NCBI RefSeq assembly: GCF_001194135.2
Contig: NC_068984.1
Coordinates: 25,442,355 to 25,506,354 of the forward strand
Source of the DNA: Octopus bimaculoides
Lineage: Eukaryota
DNA: 64,000 nt
Direction of reading: 5' to 3'
The notes beneath the pieces were generated by a model, which saw only the letters and a list, made by a program, of their open reading frames with translations, did no database searches and was not told the origin of the DNA. Positions 1-12,301 of the stretch are shown in pieces. Numbering within the stretch: position 1 is the first letter of the stretch; each line of letters starts with the position of its first letter. Made by a program: the position numbers and the translations under genes.

Positions 1-2733
1 CAAGGAGATACAGAGGCAACCCAGAATAATGCAGAATAAAACAATTCTGGACCTGAAGTTTCCTTAGGTTTTCTTAGAGAATATATTTGGAATGCTAGCA
101 TTATTAAAATTCTACCTTTAAAATTCATACCATTGTAAGGCTTAGACATAGCTTCAAATATGAAAAATAAGGAAATATTTATTCTTTCTTTGTTTTACAT
201 TTAAATTTGTTTATATCTCTAAACTATTCAGGTTTTATGCTCCATAAATCAGATAATTTATATAATGTGTTTTAGAATAATTCTTTTTAAATTTAAGAAG
301 TCTAATTTATATGGTATAACACCTGAACATTTTTGAAGTACAAACAAATTTAATGTGAAACTATGAAAGAATAAATTATTTTCTATCTACCATGGTATCT
401 GAAATCATGTACTGAGATTAGCTTCGTGTGACAGGAGCCATTATCATTGTGCCAAGGAAGATAATTTTAATCCACATATTTCCTTAATTCCATCTGATAT
501 ACTATTTCACTTAAAGAACCTTCAAGTTCCAGTAACACTACCGTTTTTCTATGACAATCAGCAAATTCTAGGGTCATGCCCTAAGAATTGCTGGATTTGA
601 CCTGAGAAGTCCTTGTTCTCTCATGGTTAATTTTATGTTGCATGCATTCATGCTGGACCATGCAGAAAGCACACAACATAGAACATAAAACTGCAGAATA
701 AGAAATGGTTACTTCAAAGCAGTTACTGAATGAAACACTTTTTTGTTAGAATTGCTTTTATTTCATGTGTTGTATATCAGTTTAGAATTACCAGAAAATA
801 TATAAAGTAAAACAAAAATATGGTGTTTTCTTAAGACAAAAAAACTAAAATTATCAATAAACGCAGCCTCAAAAGCTTCATACATCACAGAAACCTAGAA
901 ACATTGAACTTTAGACACGTATTTGATTCATAAAAATAAAAAAATGTATGTAAATATAATTAAATACAAAAAGCAATTCATAAAAACTTGCTGTAAGTTA
1001 AGTCATTTAACAAAAAAACGTTTCTATATGTTCAGCATCCAAGAAATGCTAGATACCTCTGGTAATCATTTAACATTTATGTAATATTATTATTTATCTC
1101 ATGAAATATATTTACATATATTTATATATAATATTTGCAGTTGTAAAATTATTAGTTATCAGTTGCTAAAAAAAAGGCTGAGGAATTTCAGAAATGATAC
1201 AGCACTAGATTAAATACCTTGTTGTATTTGATTTAATCAATTTATGTTCTTGGTTCAAATATGACCAAAGTTTACTTTGCTTTTGATCTTGCCAAGATAT
1301 TTATAACATGTCCGATTTGTTACTACTGATTCATTCAACTATAAACCCACTTTATTGGCCAATATCTAATTATTATTAGTTGTTAGCCTGACTTGTAGAA
1401 ATGAGTTAAATTATATTTGTCATTTGTTTAGGTTGTGTGACACAAAGCTCAAAATTATCTACTATTTAGTACAATAAATATTCTGTTTCTTATATTTTCG
1501 CAGTCTCTACCATTCTGCAAGTTAATGTAACAATTGATTTATATTCAAATGTATTGCCCAGACAGTCGTTCACTAATGTTCAACTCTGAAGACTAAACCA
1601 GTGTTTAAGACATGACATACTTATAAGAAAATGAATATTAATAAACAATAAATTCCACATTGACATAATACTTTCATGTTTTATAAATAACACCAAATAG
1701 ATCGTCTTTCATTTTGTCTTTCCCTTTCTGTTTCTCCAGCTCTTATTTAAAGTTTCCACAGAGAGAAACATTAGTTATAAACTTCATAAAATACTAATAC
1801 ATTATACATTTATCAAGTCTAGCAAATCTAGAAGCTAGAAATAAAAATGGCTGAATTTTCATAATGCATTATTCTATGTATAATATCCAGTTTGAATAGC
1901 TAGAGAGCAAATATTGCCCTATGAATTGTTGATAGCAAAGTTGCATCAACAGTATTGATGTTTACTGACCAGCTCTACAATTAGACAACAGATTAAAGGT
2001 TATGTTTAATGCTACACTGAACTTTTACTTGCTCAACGATGAAAAAAAGAAATATCTGTCCATTGGAGCTGAAATTTCTGCTTCATGATGCTGGTACTAG
2101 TTGAAAGCTAGTGTTTGAGAAGAAATGCATACCATGTGTGAGGATGGCATATACAATGAATAGCATATGCATATATATCACTCCTGATAATTTAAAATCA
2201 AGCTAGCAATGCATATGTGTGAAAAAAAAAATTATGTCAAACAACTATATTTGGCTTCAGAAGATGAAATTTATTGTCTATCAAAAGATAACAAATGGAA
2301 AGGTACATAGATGATGAATAATTAATATTAAGATAGAAAATCATTATTCATAACAATGAGCTTAATCTATCTTTCTAGAAAATATATCTTTGCTAATATG
2401 TAAAAATAGAGGTTAAGATTTTGGACATCTGCACTAGAGTGGTCATGTATTTTATGCTGTGTTGTGCCTTTAAGAATACATCTCTACCATTTATATAACT
2501 AGTAAATTAGGCACCAATTTCACAACAATAAAATAAAATGACTGACACCAAGAAGCTAATTCAGAGAAACAATTCTTATTTGAAAATGTTCTGTAATCAT
2601 TCACAAATAAAAAGCAATCTAATCTATAAAACTTAACTAAATAAAACTGTTAAAATTTCAAATCTACATTTTTATCTTTTCAACTTAGAGAGTATTTGCA
2701 CTTGGAGAGATGTCCAGTGATCTACAGATTTAA

Positions 2734-2946
2734 CCCTTTAGCATTTAAAACAACCATATCCAGTCCAAATATTCTACCTGCTTTATGTTCAAACTGGCCA
2801 GATCTAGCTTCATACACATACCCTACAATGTAATTAAAAATAAACAATAACATAATTGAAATGTCAAAGCTAAGAGAATACATGATTAATTTAAAACGTG
2901 AATAAATAAGCATTATATTTCATAGAGTAATCTGAATGATAAAGGG
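2734..2946 (+). mobile_element. piggyBac-type MITE, family M (~215 bp)
   Basis: TTAA|ccctttagcattt ... gataaaggg|TTAA; TTAA target duplication and CCC/GGG termini; about 10 related copies in the window. Confidence 0.85.
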
Positions 2947-2963
2947 TTAATATGTTAACTACA

Positions 2964-3100
2964 GTGACAAATTAGCAGACTCATTAGAGCAACGGATAGA
3001 ATATCCCATGGTACTTGTTCTGACTCTCTGTACTCTTAGTTCAAATCCCACCAATATTAACACCTTTTTTTTTTTTTATCCTTTCAAAATTGATAGTAAA
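2964..3100 (+). mobile_element. Old, degraded SINE (family D-like)
   Basis: Degenerate head with B-box-like agttcaaatccc, followed by tcctttc, resembling the 36369-36604 copy. Confidence 0.4.
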
Positions 3101-3632
3101 ATGAACTGATCTTGAATAGTGGCTAGGCATAATTGTTACAACACCTGATGAGATACCTTGTAGTGTCTGTTCCATCCCTTACTCAGCTCTGCGCAGAGAC
3201 ATGGTCAACTGATCAACAGGGGTTTCTAAATAATGTATAATCACACTGTCATGTCTCATTTGAATTCAACCTCTGAATCTCAGGTTTTCTTTTCAAATAG
3301 TATAATATTCTACATTTCCTTTGTTGTTTTTAGATTTTAAACACTCTTAAAAAGGGTTTTTGTCTACTAAAATTTCTCAACTAGAGCCCAACCATATGTA
3401 CAAGAAACTAAAGGCTTTTCCTTAAACACTTTCTTTTTGATTATCTCGAATTTATTTATAAAAGCATTGAGATTGTTAGTAAAATACAATGTTATTAACA
3501 TTTTATTAAAATATCATTTGAAATATTGCTAGGACTATTAGCATAGTATTTTGGAAGAATAAAAGTAGAGTTGGTCTGAGTTGCCAAAAAACTTCATATC
3601 AGAGATTACATTTTATTCAATTAAAATAAAAA

Positions 3633-4050
3633 ATTGTGTGGTGAAGGAGTTTTGCTTCCTAACCATGTTGTTTTGTGTCTAATTCTATTGCCTGACATCC
3701 TGGACAAGTGTCTTCTACTATAGACCCAGACTGACCAAAGCCTTTGTGAGTGGAGTTGGTAGATGGAAACTAAAAGAAGCTCATTGTGTGGATACATGTG
3801 TATGTTGCTACCTCCTTGCCTTGACATCATATGATACTTGTGAGTGTCACCATCATGCAATTGGTGTCCTACATTTCGAAACTTCTTTGAAAACATGTCT
3901 GATGACAGAGAAATATTATCTCATTTGGAAACAAATGAGGGTTAGTAACAGGAAGGGCATCCAGCCATAAAAAAAATTCACCCCAACAAATTCCATTACA
4001 CTCATGTGAGCATGGAAAAATGAATGTTAAAAACATTGATAGTAATGATT
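3633..4050 (+). mobile_element. SINE family C (tRNA-like head, distinct body, RTE-like 3' tail)
   Basis: Head shared with family A (aagtgtcttctactatag...gtgagtgga.ttggtagatggaaact), then a different body ending in aggaagggcatccagcc...gcatggaaaa...tgttaaa. Confidence 0.7.
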
Positions 4051-5037
4051 CCTTTAAGTGTAAAGGGCATGTATTGTATCAAATAGAAGGGCAGGTAGTG
4101 GTGATTGGTTCAGAAAGTGTAAAATGGCAACACGTGGAATGAGAAAGATTTCTGTAGGGCAGTCTTCAGAATTAATGACACATTATAATGTTTAGTGTAG
4201 AAATTGATGAGGAACACAGAGTATGAGTAGCAAGAAGCAGAAAGGCAGGCGCAATTGTATATTGTCTAATAATTGTTATTTTTGTGAGGTACAGCCTAGC
4301 AGGGAGAATATGTTGCATCCACTTTCCAATATACTTTATAGCATGTATAATTAAAGACTGTAGTAACCTCATCACCTCAGATATTAGAAATGGCTAATAA
4401 CAACCTTGTACAACATTTTAGCAATTATTGATGTTGCTGATATTGTAGAACACTATGAACTGTAATCTTTTACTTTTTCATTATCTTAATAGCTTTTCAA
4501 ATACTGTCTTTTCTGTTTTTTAAGAAGGGTGAGTATGGAGCCAAAGCAAATGTTTAGAGACTGGCTATGTTCTTTACAGGGCATCTCAGTCTGATAAGGA
4601 TGGAGCAGTTAATTGTTCAGCTTGAATTTCTGCTCACTGATTCATGTAATAAACAAAACAAAAAAATTTAATGTGGTCAAAGGGGATGTTCCAGCTACTC
4701 ATCTACACATCATCTCCCTTTTGTCTCACCTCCACATCCTGCACTAAACACTTCTCCTAGACTGGACTTCTTATTAGAACTGCTGCTCTATAGAACATTT
4801 AACACATGGTTTAATAACCACCACCTGGCCTTTGGATACTTTTAGCAGGGTCCATTCTGTTGCAAGTATTCTGCCAAGTCTCCAGTCTGAGGACAACTCC
4901 TTCTGTTTATTCTCTGATGCTCCCAAAAGGATAAGGATACTTACCTTTGTCTTTGAAGCAAGTTTAATCCTAAGGATGGCTTGTAGGAACTAAAGTTATT
5001 TCCTCAGTTCTCTGATCAAACACAAACAATTCAAATA

Positions 5038-5240
5038 TCTTTTATCTTTTGCTCAATTCAGTCATTAGACTGTGACCATGCTGGAGCACCACCTTGAAGC
5101 CTTTTTTTAGTCAAATGTATCAACCCCTGTACTTTCTTTTTTAAAGCCTAGTATATATTCTATTGGTCGCCTTCTACTGAGCCCCTAAGTTATGGGGATG
5201 TAAACACATCACCACTAGTTGTCAAGCAGTGGTGGTGGGG

Positions 5241-5271
<31 letters not shown>

Positions 5272-5428
5272 GATGGACTTCTTTCAGTTTCTATCTACCA
5301 AATCTACTCACAAGGCTCTGGTTGGCCCAAGGCTATAGAAGACATTTACCCAAGGTGCCTTGCAGTAGGACTGAGCCCTCAGACCATGTGGTTGAGAAGC
5401 GAGCTTCTTACCACACAGGAATACCCAG
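5038..5428 (-). mobile_element. SINE family A (tRNA-like head, internal (TG)n, ~380 bp)
   Basis: Reverse copy of the 22746-23115 consensus-like element, with internal (CA)n. Confidence 0.8.
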
Positions 5429-5631
5429 CATCTTTTAAAACATAACACTGTTTAGAACATGGTTAGTTGAAGCATTTGAATAGTCTGAGCACCATAGGAA
5501 AGTATAGAATACTATCATGGCATATGTATTTAACAAAATGACTTTGTAAGATTATTCCTTAAAGGATATTGTGGTTAGCTGGTATTTCAACAGTAAACTA
5601 AATGCTTTTGAGATTTGTAAGTAAAATTTAA

Positions 5632-5686
5632 ATATAAAAGCACCCACTACACTCNNNNNNNNNNTAAACGATGATGATGATGATAT
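5632..5686 (+). mobile_element. RTE 3' end fragment spanning an assembly gap
   Basis: aaaagcacccactacactc-N10-taaacgatgatgatg; both halves match the copy at 8243-8520. Confidence 0.7.
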
Positions 5687-5984
5687 ATATATATTATATA
5701 TGTGAATTTTAGTAATCACAAAGATATGTACATAGATATAATACCAAACAATCAGAGTAACAAAATCCTCTTTGAAGAACCTACTTTACAAGATATGAAG
5801 AAATGTAAGTATTCTGATCAATGCTTATCTTAGACTCCATAACTATTAACTACTTGCAATTATACATATCTTTAACATTGATAATAACTAGAATGAAATA
5901 TATAATTTTAGATGGAACCTAAATCCTTTTTTGATGTTATTTTTAATTGGAAGGTCAAAAGATAGAAAGCATATCAGTTTCTTC

Positions 5985-6345
5985 CTGTATGTTTTACTTA
6001 TAGCAGTCATTAAACTGCAGCCATGCTGGGGCACCGCCTTGAAGAGTTTAGTTGTACAAATTAACCTCAGTACTTATTTTTTTCTAAGTCCGGCACTTAT
6101 TCTATCAGTTTTTCCTGAACTGCTAAGTTACAGGGATGTAAACAAACTAACACCACATGTCAAGTGGTGGTGGAGGACAAAAAATATGTATACACACACA
6201 TGATGGACTTCTTTCAGTTTCCATCTATCAAATCCACTCACAAAGTTTTGGTTGACTGGGATCTATAGAAGACACTGGTTCCAAATGCCACACAGTGGGA
6301 CTGAACCTGCATCCATATGGTTGGGAAGCAAACCTTTTACCACAT
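5985..6345 (-). mobile_element. SINE family A
   Basis: Reverse copy; tail cagtcattaaactgcagccatgctgg through head ggttgggaagcaaacc. Confidence 0.8.
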
Positions 6346-6395
6346 ATCTACATTTTTTTTTATCTTTAATATTGGATTTTGTAATTCTTTTGTCT

Positions 6396-6552
6396 GGGGA
6401 AGTGGCTGTGTGGTAAGTAGCTTGCTTACCAACCACATGGTTAAGGGTTCAGTTCCACTGCATGGCACCTTAGGCAAGTGTCTTCTATTATAACCTTGGG
6501 CTGACCAAAGATATGTGAGTGGATTTGATAGGCGGAAACTGAAAGAAGCCCA

Positions 6553-6594
<42 letters not shown>

Positions 6595-6790
6595 ACATGT
6601 ATATGTTTGTGTGTCTGTGTTTGTTGCCCTACCATCAATTGACAACTGATGGTGGTGTGTTTGTGTTCCCATAACTTAGCAGTTTCGGAAAAGACACCGA
6701 TCGATTTGTTCAACTAAAAAGCGGTGCTCCAGCATGGCCACAGTCAAATGATTGAAACAAATGAAAGAATAAAAGAATATAAAAAAAGAT
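6396..6790 (+). mobile_element. SINE family A
   Basis: agtggctgtgtggtaagtagcttgcttaccaaccacatgg...ggttcagt head, (TG)n, and gaataaaa tail. Confidence 0.88.
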
Positions 6791-6991
6791 ATAGTAGTTT
6801 AATTTTTTATCTAAAACTAAAGAGTAACTCTTAGGAATATTCTAAAGACCAATAGATACCCTTTTAGAAATTGTATGAGTACTGAATCTAAAAGAAAATT
6901 TCCAAGGAAATTTCCTAAATTGACGCAATAATGACAAATAACCCAGTTTTGTTTTTTCCATTCTTCAACTGTTTTTATCTCTCTGCCCCAC

Positions 6992-6992
<1 letters not shown>

Positions 6993-7031
<39 letters not shown>

Positions 7032-7040
7032 CACACACAC
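6993..7040. repeat. (CT)n(CA)n microsatellite
   Basis: Direct reading. Confidence 0.9.
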
Positions 7041-8149
7041 AAAAAAGTCATCGTCTCCCTTGCAATGATCAGGGAACAATAACCTTTTATGATCAATGCC
7101 ATAAATGACTTTGTGCAAGGGTGATGATGCACATCATCTCTGATGAAGCTGTCTACTTTCCTTGTGTTAAATCTTTGCACCTCCTCTTTCTTTGATAAAT
7201 ATTTCCTGTCTTCTGTGGGCCATTTAAAAAAAATTTATTCACTACCTATTGTTCTCATCTCTAGCTTTGATAAACCCTTTTTTTTTTTGCTAATTTAAAC
7301 ACCACACACACACACTTCTTTTAACATGATGTCACAAATTGCTTTCTCTTCTGTTAAGTTATTTTCAATAAATAAAACTTGTCCCCCTCTGTGAAGGCAG
7401 AAGTTCATAGAGTAATTAACAAAAATAGTGTTAAAATCTTTGCTGATCCACTTAAAATACTTTCTGTACAGTTGTGACACCATTAATAACTGGAAATAAT
7501 TACACAGAAAACTGATTTTTTGTTCATTCCCCAGGTGATTATCAAATTCCTTTTTCTTCTCTTTCACCAGCTACCTGATATGTTTGTTGTTGCTTTCAAC
7601 ATCTGCATGTGTTCACAACCAATTATATAACAGATGATTATATTTTGACAAAAAAAAAGCAGGGTAGCTTAAAATATTCATGGAATATGAGAATTACCAT
7701 ACATGTCAAACTCAAGATAGAAATGTAAAATGATAAAAGGCAGATTGATATAGTTGGAATAAGTGCATGTATGGAGGTATTTTACTTCAGAGAAAGGTAT
7801 GCAAACAAATCAAGTTTTCAAGTGCAAACAGGTTTGCAGCTTTTATTAGAAGAATGTTACATCTATAAAAATCTTTAGATATAGCCCCATCCGACAACCA
7901 AGAAGTGATTATATGTTAAGAAACCACTCCAGTGATTTCAAAGCAAAAGTGAATGTGAGAAAGATAGAGAAATATCAATACAATTTCATAATCCAACAAT
8001 CCAAGGAGATTCAACAAATACTGCTGTGAACTAGGGATTGGAACAGGTAGTAGCAGCTATCTTTTATAAATAATTCTATGAAGCTGAATGGTAAATGTAT
8101 GCCTGAGAGAGAAGTGAGGAGAAAGAGCGAATAAAACTGTAAACAATTT

Positions 8150-8800
8150 CTTGACAATATGGTTAAGACGTTTACTCTGCAATCACATGGTTTAGGGTCC
8201 AGTACCAATGAGCAGAACCTTGGGCAAGTATTTTCTTCTATAGTGCCACTGCACTGGCTCCTGTGCAGGTGGCACATAAAAAACACCATTCTGAGCGTGG
8301 CCGTTGCCAGTACCGCGTGACTGGCGCTCGTGCCAGTGGCACGTAAAAGCACCCACTACACTCTCAGAGTGGTTGGCATTAGGAAGGGCATCCAGCTGTA
8401 GAAACTCTGCCAGATCAGATTGGAGCCTGGTGCAACCTTCTGGCTTGCCTGTCTTCAGTCAAATCGTCCAACCCATGCTAGCATGGAAAGCGGACGTTAA
8501 ACGATGACGATGATGATGATGAACCCAAGACAGATCAATGACTTGTTAGTGAATTTGGTAGATAACAACGGTGTAGAAGCCCATAATGCATGTATGTATG
8601 TATATGCATGCACATACCTGTGTGCTTGTGTTTGATTCTCATCATTTGCCAACCAGTATTGCTTTGTATTTATCCTTGTGACTTAGCAGTCTGGCCAAAA
8701 GAGACCAATAGAATAAGCACTGGGGTTGATTTGATAGGATAAATCTTCCAAGGCAGCACCCCAGCATGGCCAGTCAGAAGATTAAAAGAATAAAAGTCCA
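8150..8800 (+). mobile_element. Old SINE family A interrupted by an RTE 3' end
   Basis: SINE head 8150-8242 stops at ttcttctatag; the SINE body resumes after 8520 (gtgaatttggtagat...gcatggccagtc). Confidence 0.7.
8243..8520 (+). mobile_element. 5'-truncated RTE LINE 3' UTR (family B)
   Basis: GC-rich repeat units, aggaagggcatccagctgtagaaactctgcc, and tail ccaacccatgctagcatggaaagcggacgttaaacgatgacgatgatg. Confidence 0.85.
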
Positions 8801-8809
8801 TGTGTGTGT

Positions 8810-8875
8810 ATACACACACATACACAAATATATATATACACACACACATACACAAACAAAATCCCAAGGTACGTA

Positions 8876-8920
<45 letters not shown>
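8810..8920. repeat. (CA)n/(TA)n microsatellite
   Basis: Direct reading. Confidence 0.9.
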
Positions 8921-8922
<2 letters not shown>

Positions 8923-9499
8923 TCCCAAGACCTTCCAAGAGCAAAGAAATAATGCAGGCTGGGAATTTCAGTTCGCTCAGAACTTATTGTCCACAGACAG
9001 AAGAAGAAAAATATTACTCCAAACTTCTAGAAGCAAGGAAGGAAATCTCATAATAGCAATACAGACTAAAAACCAATTATAGATATGCTACAGGAGGTAT
9101 ACAATGATCACAACAGGAAGAGCATCATATACTCACATATCCTTTCAGTATGTAGTCAGATATACTTTTCCCTTAATAAAAGAACATAATCAGAAAAGGA
9201 AAAGAAATGCCATAATCTATATTACATCATTGTTCTTCTCATCATTACTACCAAACAGCATCAGTTGTAACAACAGTTTTTATTGGCACAAGTTGGATGG
9301 TTCACAGAATTGCTTCCTCTCTCAACATATCCGCTATTCATTATTAGTTCTTAAGCAAAACTATCACTATTAAGACTTAAATAATTCACTTACGGTCTTT
9401 CAGTCTAGTTTTTGGTTGGTAGTTGTCCTAGCAACTGAAAACCAATGGTTTAATCGTCTATTGTATCCCCATATCCAGATCAACACAAGTGTCTCACTC

Positions 9500-9880
9500 A
9501 CCTATCAAACCATCAACATCTCATCAACATTTGTATCCACCTTCCATGCTGATATGTTAAATCCTCACAGTTCAACTCAGTTCATATTCAGTTTTACTGC
9601 CCTCCTAAACAGGTGTGAGGACCACTTATACATTCTAATTTTTGGCATGGTTTCTTCAGTTGGATATCCTTAACACCAGCCACAGACAGATACCTTTCTA
9701 AATCACTGAGTAAAGAGTGTACTGGTATTATTTTATCATTGCACCAACACAAGAGAAGTTGTCATATTCCTCAGTAAGACTAAAGAATCCTCTTGGCACT
9801 ATGTTATCACCACTTCTTTAACAATCCCACTACAGTGTACTGGAAGCATTTTACTGTGACACCAGTGCTAACAAGGCTGC
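9500..9880 (-). mobile_element. Old, degraded RTE 3' UTR
   Basis: ttccatgctgatatg...tttggcatggtttcttcagttggatatccttaacaccagccac resembles the reversed family B core. Confidence 0.45.
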
Positions 9881-10185
9881 CTTGTATCCCAAAAGAGTGA
9901 AGAGTTCTCATTAAAGCAGTTAATGGAAATAAGTTCTGATAGCAATTAAAGAATGCAACAAGCAACTGGAGACTTGTCATAAACTCCTCTTCAAACCATA
10001 AAACCTCAACCTTTGCCAGGTTATATTTGGTACAATCATAAAAAATAGCCTAGTACAGGATAGGGATTATTTTTGCTCCAATTATATGTATTCCAGTTTA
10101 CAAAAATTACAATGTTTATGGAAGTTATGCAAAATAAAATGCATCTAATTTTAAACACTATACAAGAAAAATAAATTTATTTAGA

Positions 10186-10556
10186 AACAAGAGATTCAGA
10201 GAGTGCAAACCTCCGCCAAGGCAACACCAACATCCTCTCAACGATTAGCCAGAAATGGTTTTTAAAATGAGAATATTTGAAATAAACTCGACTGCTCTCA
10301 CAAACGAGAATACTAAAAATGAACCCGACCACTCTCAAAAATTAAATTAATAAACCGGAAAACTAATCCAGAATCTTTGTCCAGTACCAAATTGATCCCA
10401 ATATCTAATCAGTTCATGCTAGTCACAAAGCCAAACATCCTTGAAAGTTTCATCCGAATCCATCCAGTGGTTCTTGAGATATCTTGTCCACGGATAAACA
10501 AACAAACAAACATGACTGAAACAATACCTCCGCCTTCATTAAGGTGGGGGTAATAA
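10186..10556. mobile_element. Non-autonomous Helentron-type element (HINE/DINE-1-like)
   Basis: Subterminal acctccgcc at 10209 and 10526, terminal hairpin tacctccgcctt-catt-aaggtgggggta, internal (ACAA)n at ~10495-10512, A/T-run flanks, CpG retained. Confidence 0.65.
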
Positions 10557-11856
10557 TTGACAATATTGATAATTTAATATGGAAAGAAAGCTTGAAACAT
10601 AATTTAATAGATTGACCTTAATCTCCACAACCTCTCTCTCACACAATATATTTGTACTTCTCTAATCAATCAACATAAAGGACAATCTTTTTCTGAATTG
10701 GAGATGACTTCCACAAAATATTTGTTTTAAAGATAGCATATGGTGAAACAAATAACTGAAAAGTGTGAATTTTTGAAAATATTGATCAGCTGATTCAATG
10801 GTTGTTTAAAATGAGACAAGATTTTAATGAATACCCAATTGAGATTCTTCTCTTGCCATTGGCAAGATATCAATATTATTATTATTATTGTATTGTAATA
10901 TAATTTGCCAGCTATTTCAACTGACAAGAAATTGTTCTTTCACCTGCTGTTTATAGAAAACCACTATTCTTAAAGTATTATCAGCCTTGACCTGCACAGA
11001 TTTTCTTCTCTTACATTCAACTCATTGTTAGGAATTATGACACAGAATTAGTAACAAGATATCACCATGACAACAGTCTTTGATGACTCTCTCTCTTTCT
11101 CTCACTCTCTCTCTCTCTGAAACAAATTCATGTGACAATAACTTAAGCTTACTCTATGTAAACTTATGTTCTATAAACAACAAGTATGTTAACTACATTA
11201 GGAGTTTATAGTAAGTCTCTGAAGATTGCTACAATTAATTGTATCAGATTTAAGAAACAAGATAAAAGCTGTTACAAGGAGAACAAATGACAAAAAATGA
11301 CAGACAGCTATCTTTCTGTATTCTTATTAATAATGGAAGAATTGCTTTACAGACATGAATTAGATCAACATGTGGAATGACATGGTTATCGTTTGAAATC
11401 TATTTCAATTCATTTAACAATAGCCCATTAATAATCTTTTTTTTTTATTATTATCAATTAATCTCTTAAATTTTCTAATAAAACTAATTATTATATCAAT
11501 GTTGTTTTTTTTTTATTGAAGCTAGAAGATAAATGAAAAACAATAATCTTACTGATATAATCACAGAATTAAAAATGCCTGCATGTACTCTGGGTGCTGG
11601 TGTTTCCAGAGTGCTAAGAGACAAACTGGTTTCCTAATAACAAGAATTAATTCATCGAAAATTGTTATCCTAATTTAAGGAATAACTGTGAAGCTGCAAG
11701 AAAACATTATCTTTAACCCTTTTGTTACCATATTTCTGTTGCAATACCCTGCTTTTGTTTAAATCAGTTTTGAAAATCATGAAGAATTAAGTAAAATAAC
11801 TCATTAAGCCAGCATTTGGAACATAATTAACGTGAAATTTTGATGGAACATTTTAA

Positions 11857-12301
11857 CCCTTTAGAATTTAAAACAACCATATCAGGCTCAAATAATCTAC
11901 CTGTTTTATGTTCAAAATTACCAGATCTGGCTTCTCACACCTACCCTACAATGTCATTCTAAAAATATAAAATTACATCATCGAAATCTCAAAGCTTTAA
12001 CCCTTTTGCATTTAAACCGGCCATATCCGGCCAAAAGTATTCTGCCTGTTTTATGTTCAAACTGGCCAGATCTGGTCTCTCACACCAACCCTACAATATT
12101 GTTTTAAAAATTAACAGCTACCTCATAAGAATCTCATAGCTACAAGATAATGTATGATTAGTTCAAAACAATGTAGATGAAAAAGCATTAATTTTGGCAG
12201 AATAATGCAAACACTAAAGGGTTAAGATAATGCCTGATTAATTCAAAACAATGTGAATAAATAAGCATTATATTTAACAGAATAATTTGGATGCTAAAGG
12301 A
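11857..12301 (+). mobile_element. piggyBac-type MITE family M (outer copy)
   Basis: TTAA at 11853-11856 and 12302-12305; sequence splits at aaagct|ttaa...ttaa|gataatg. Confidence 0.85.
12001..12221 (+). mobile_element. piggyBac-type MITE family M (inner copy)
   Basis: TTAA at 11997-12000 and 12222-12225; ccctttt...taaaggg termini. Confidence 0.88.

Noticed and set aside
4525-4528. Possible 4-nt plus-strand microexon (ttttaag|AAGG|gtgagt)
   Set aside because: Not frame-preserving, antisense to the host gene, and expected by chance
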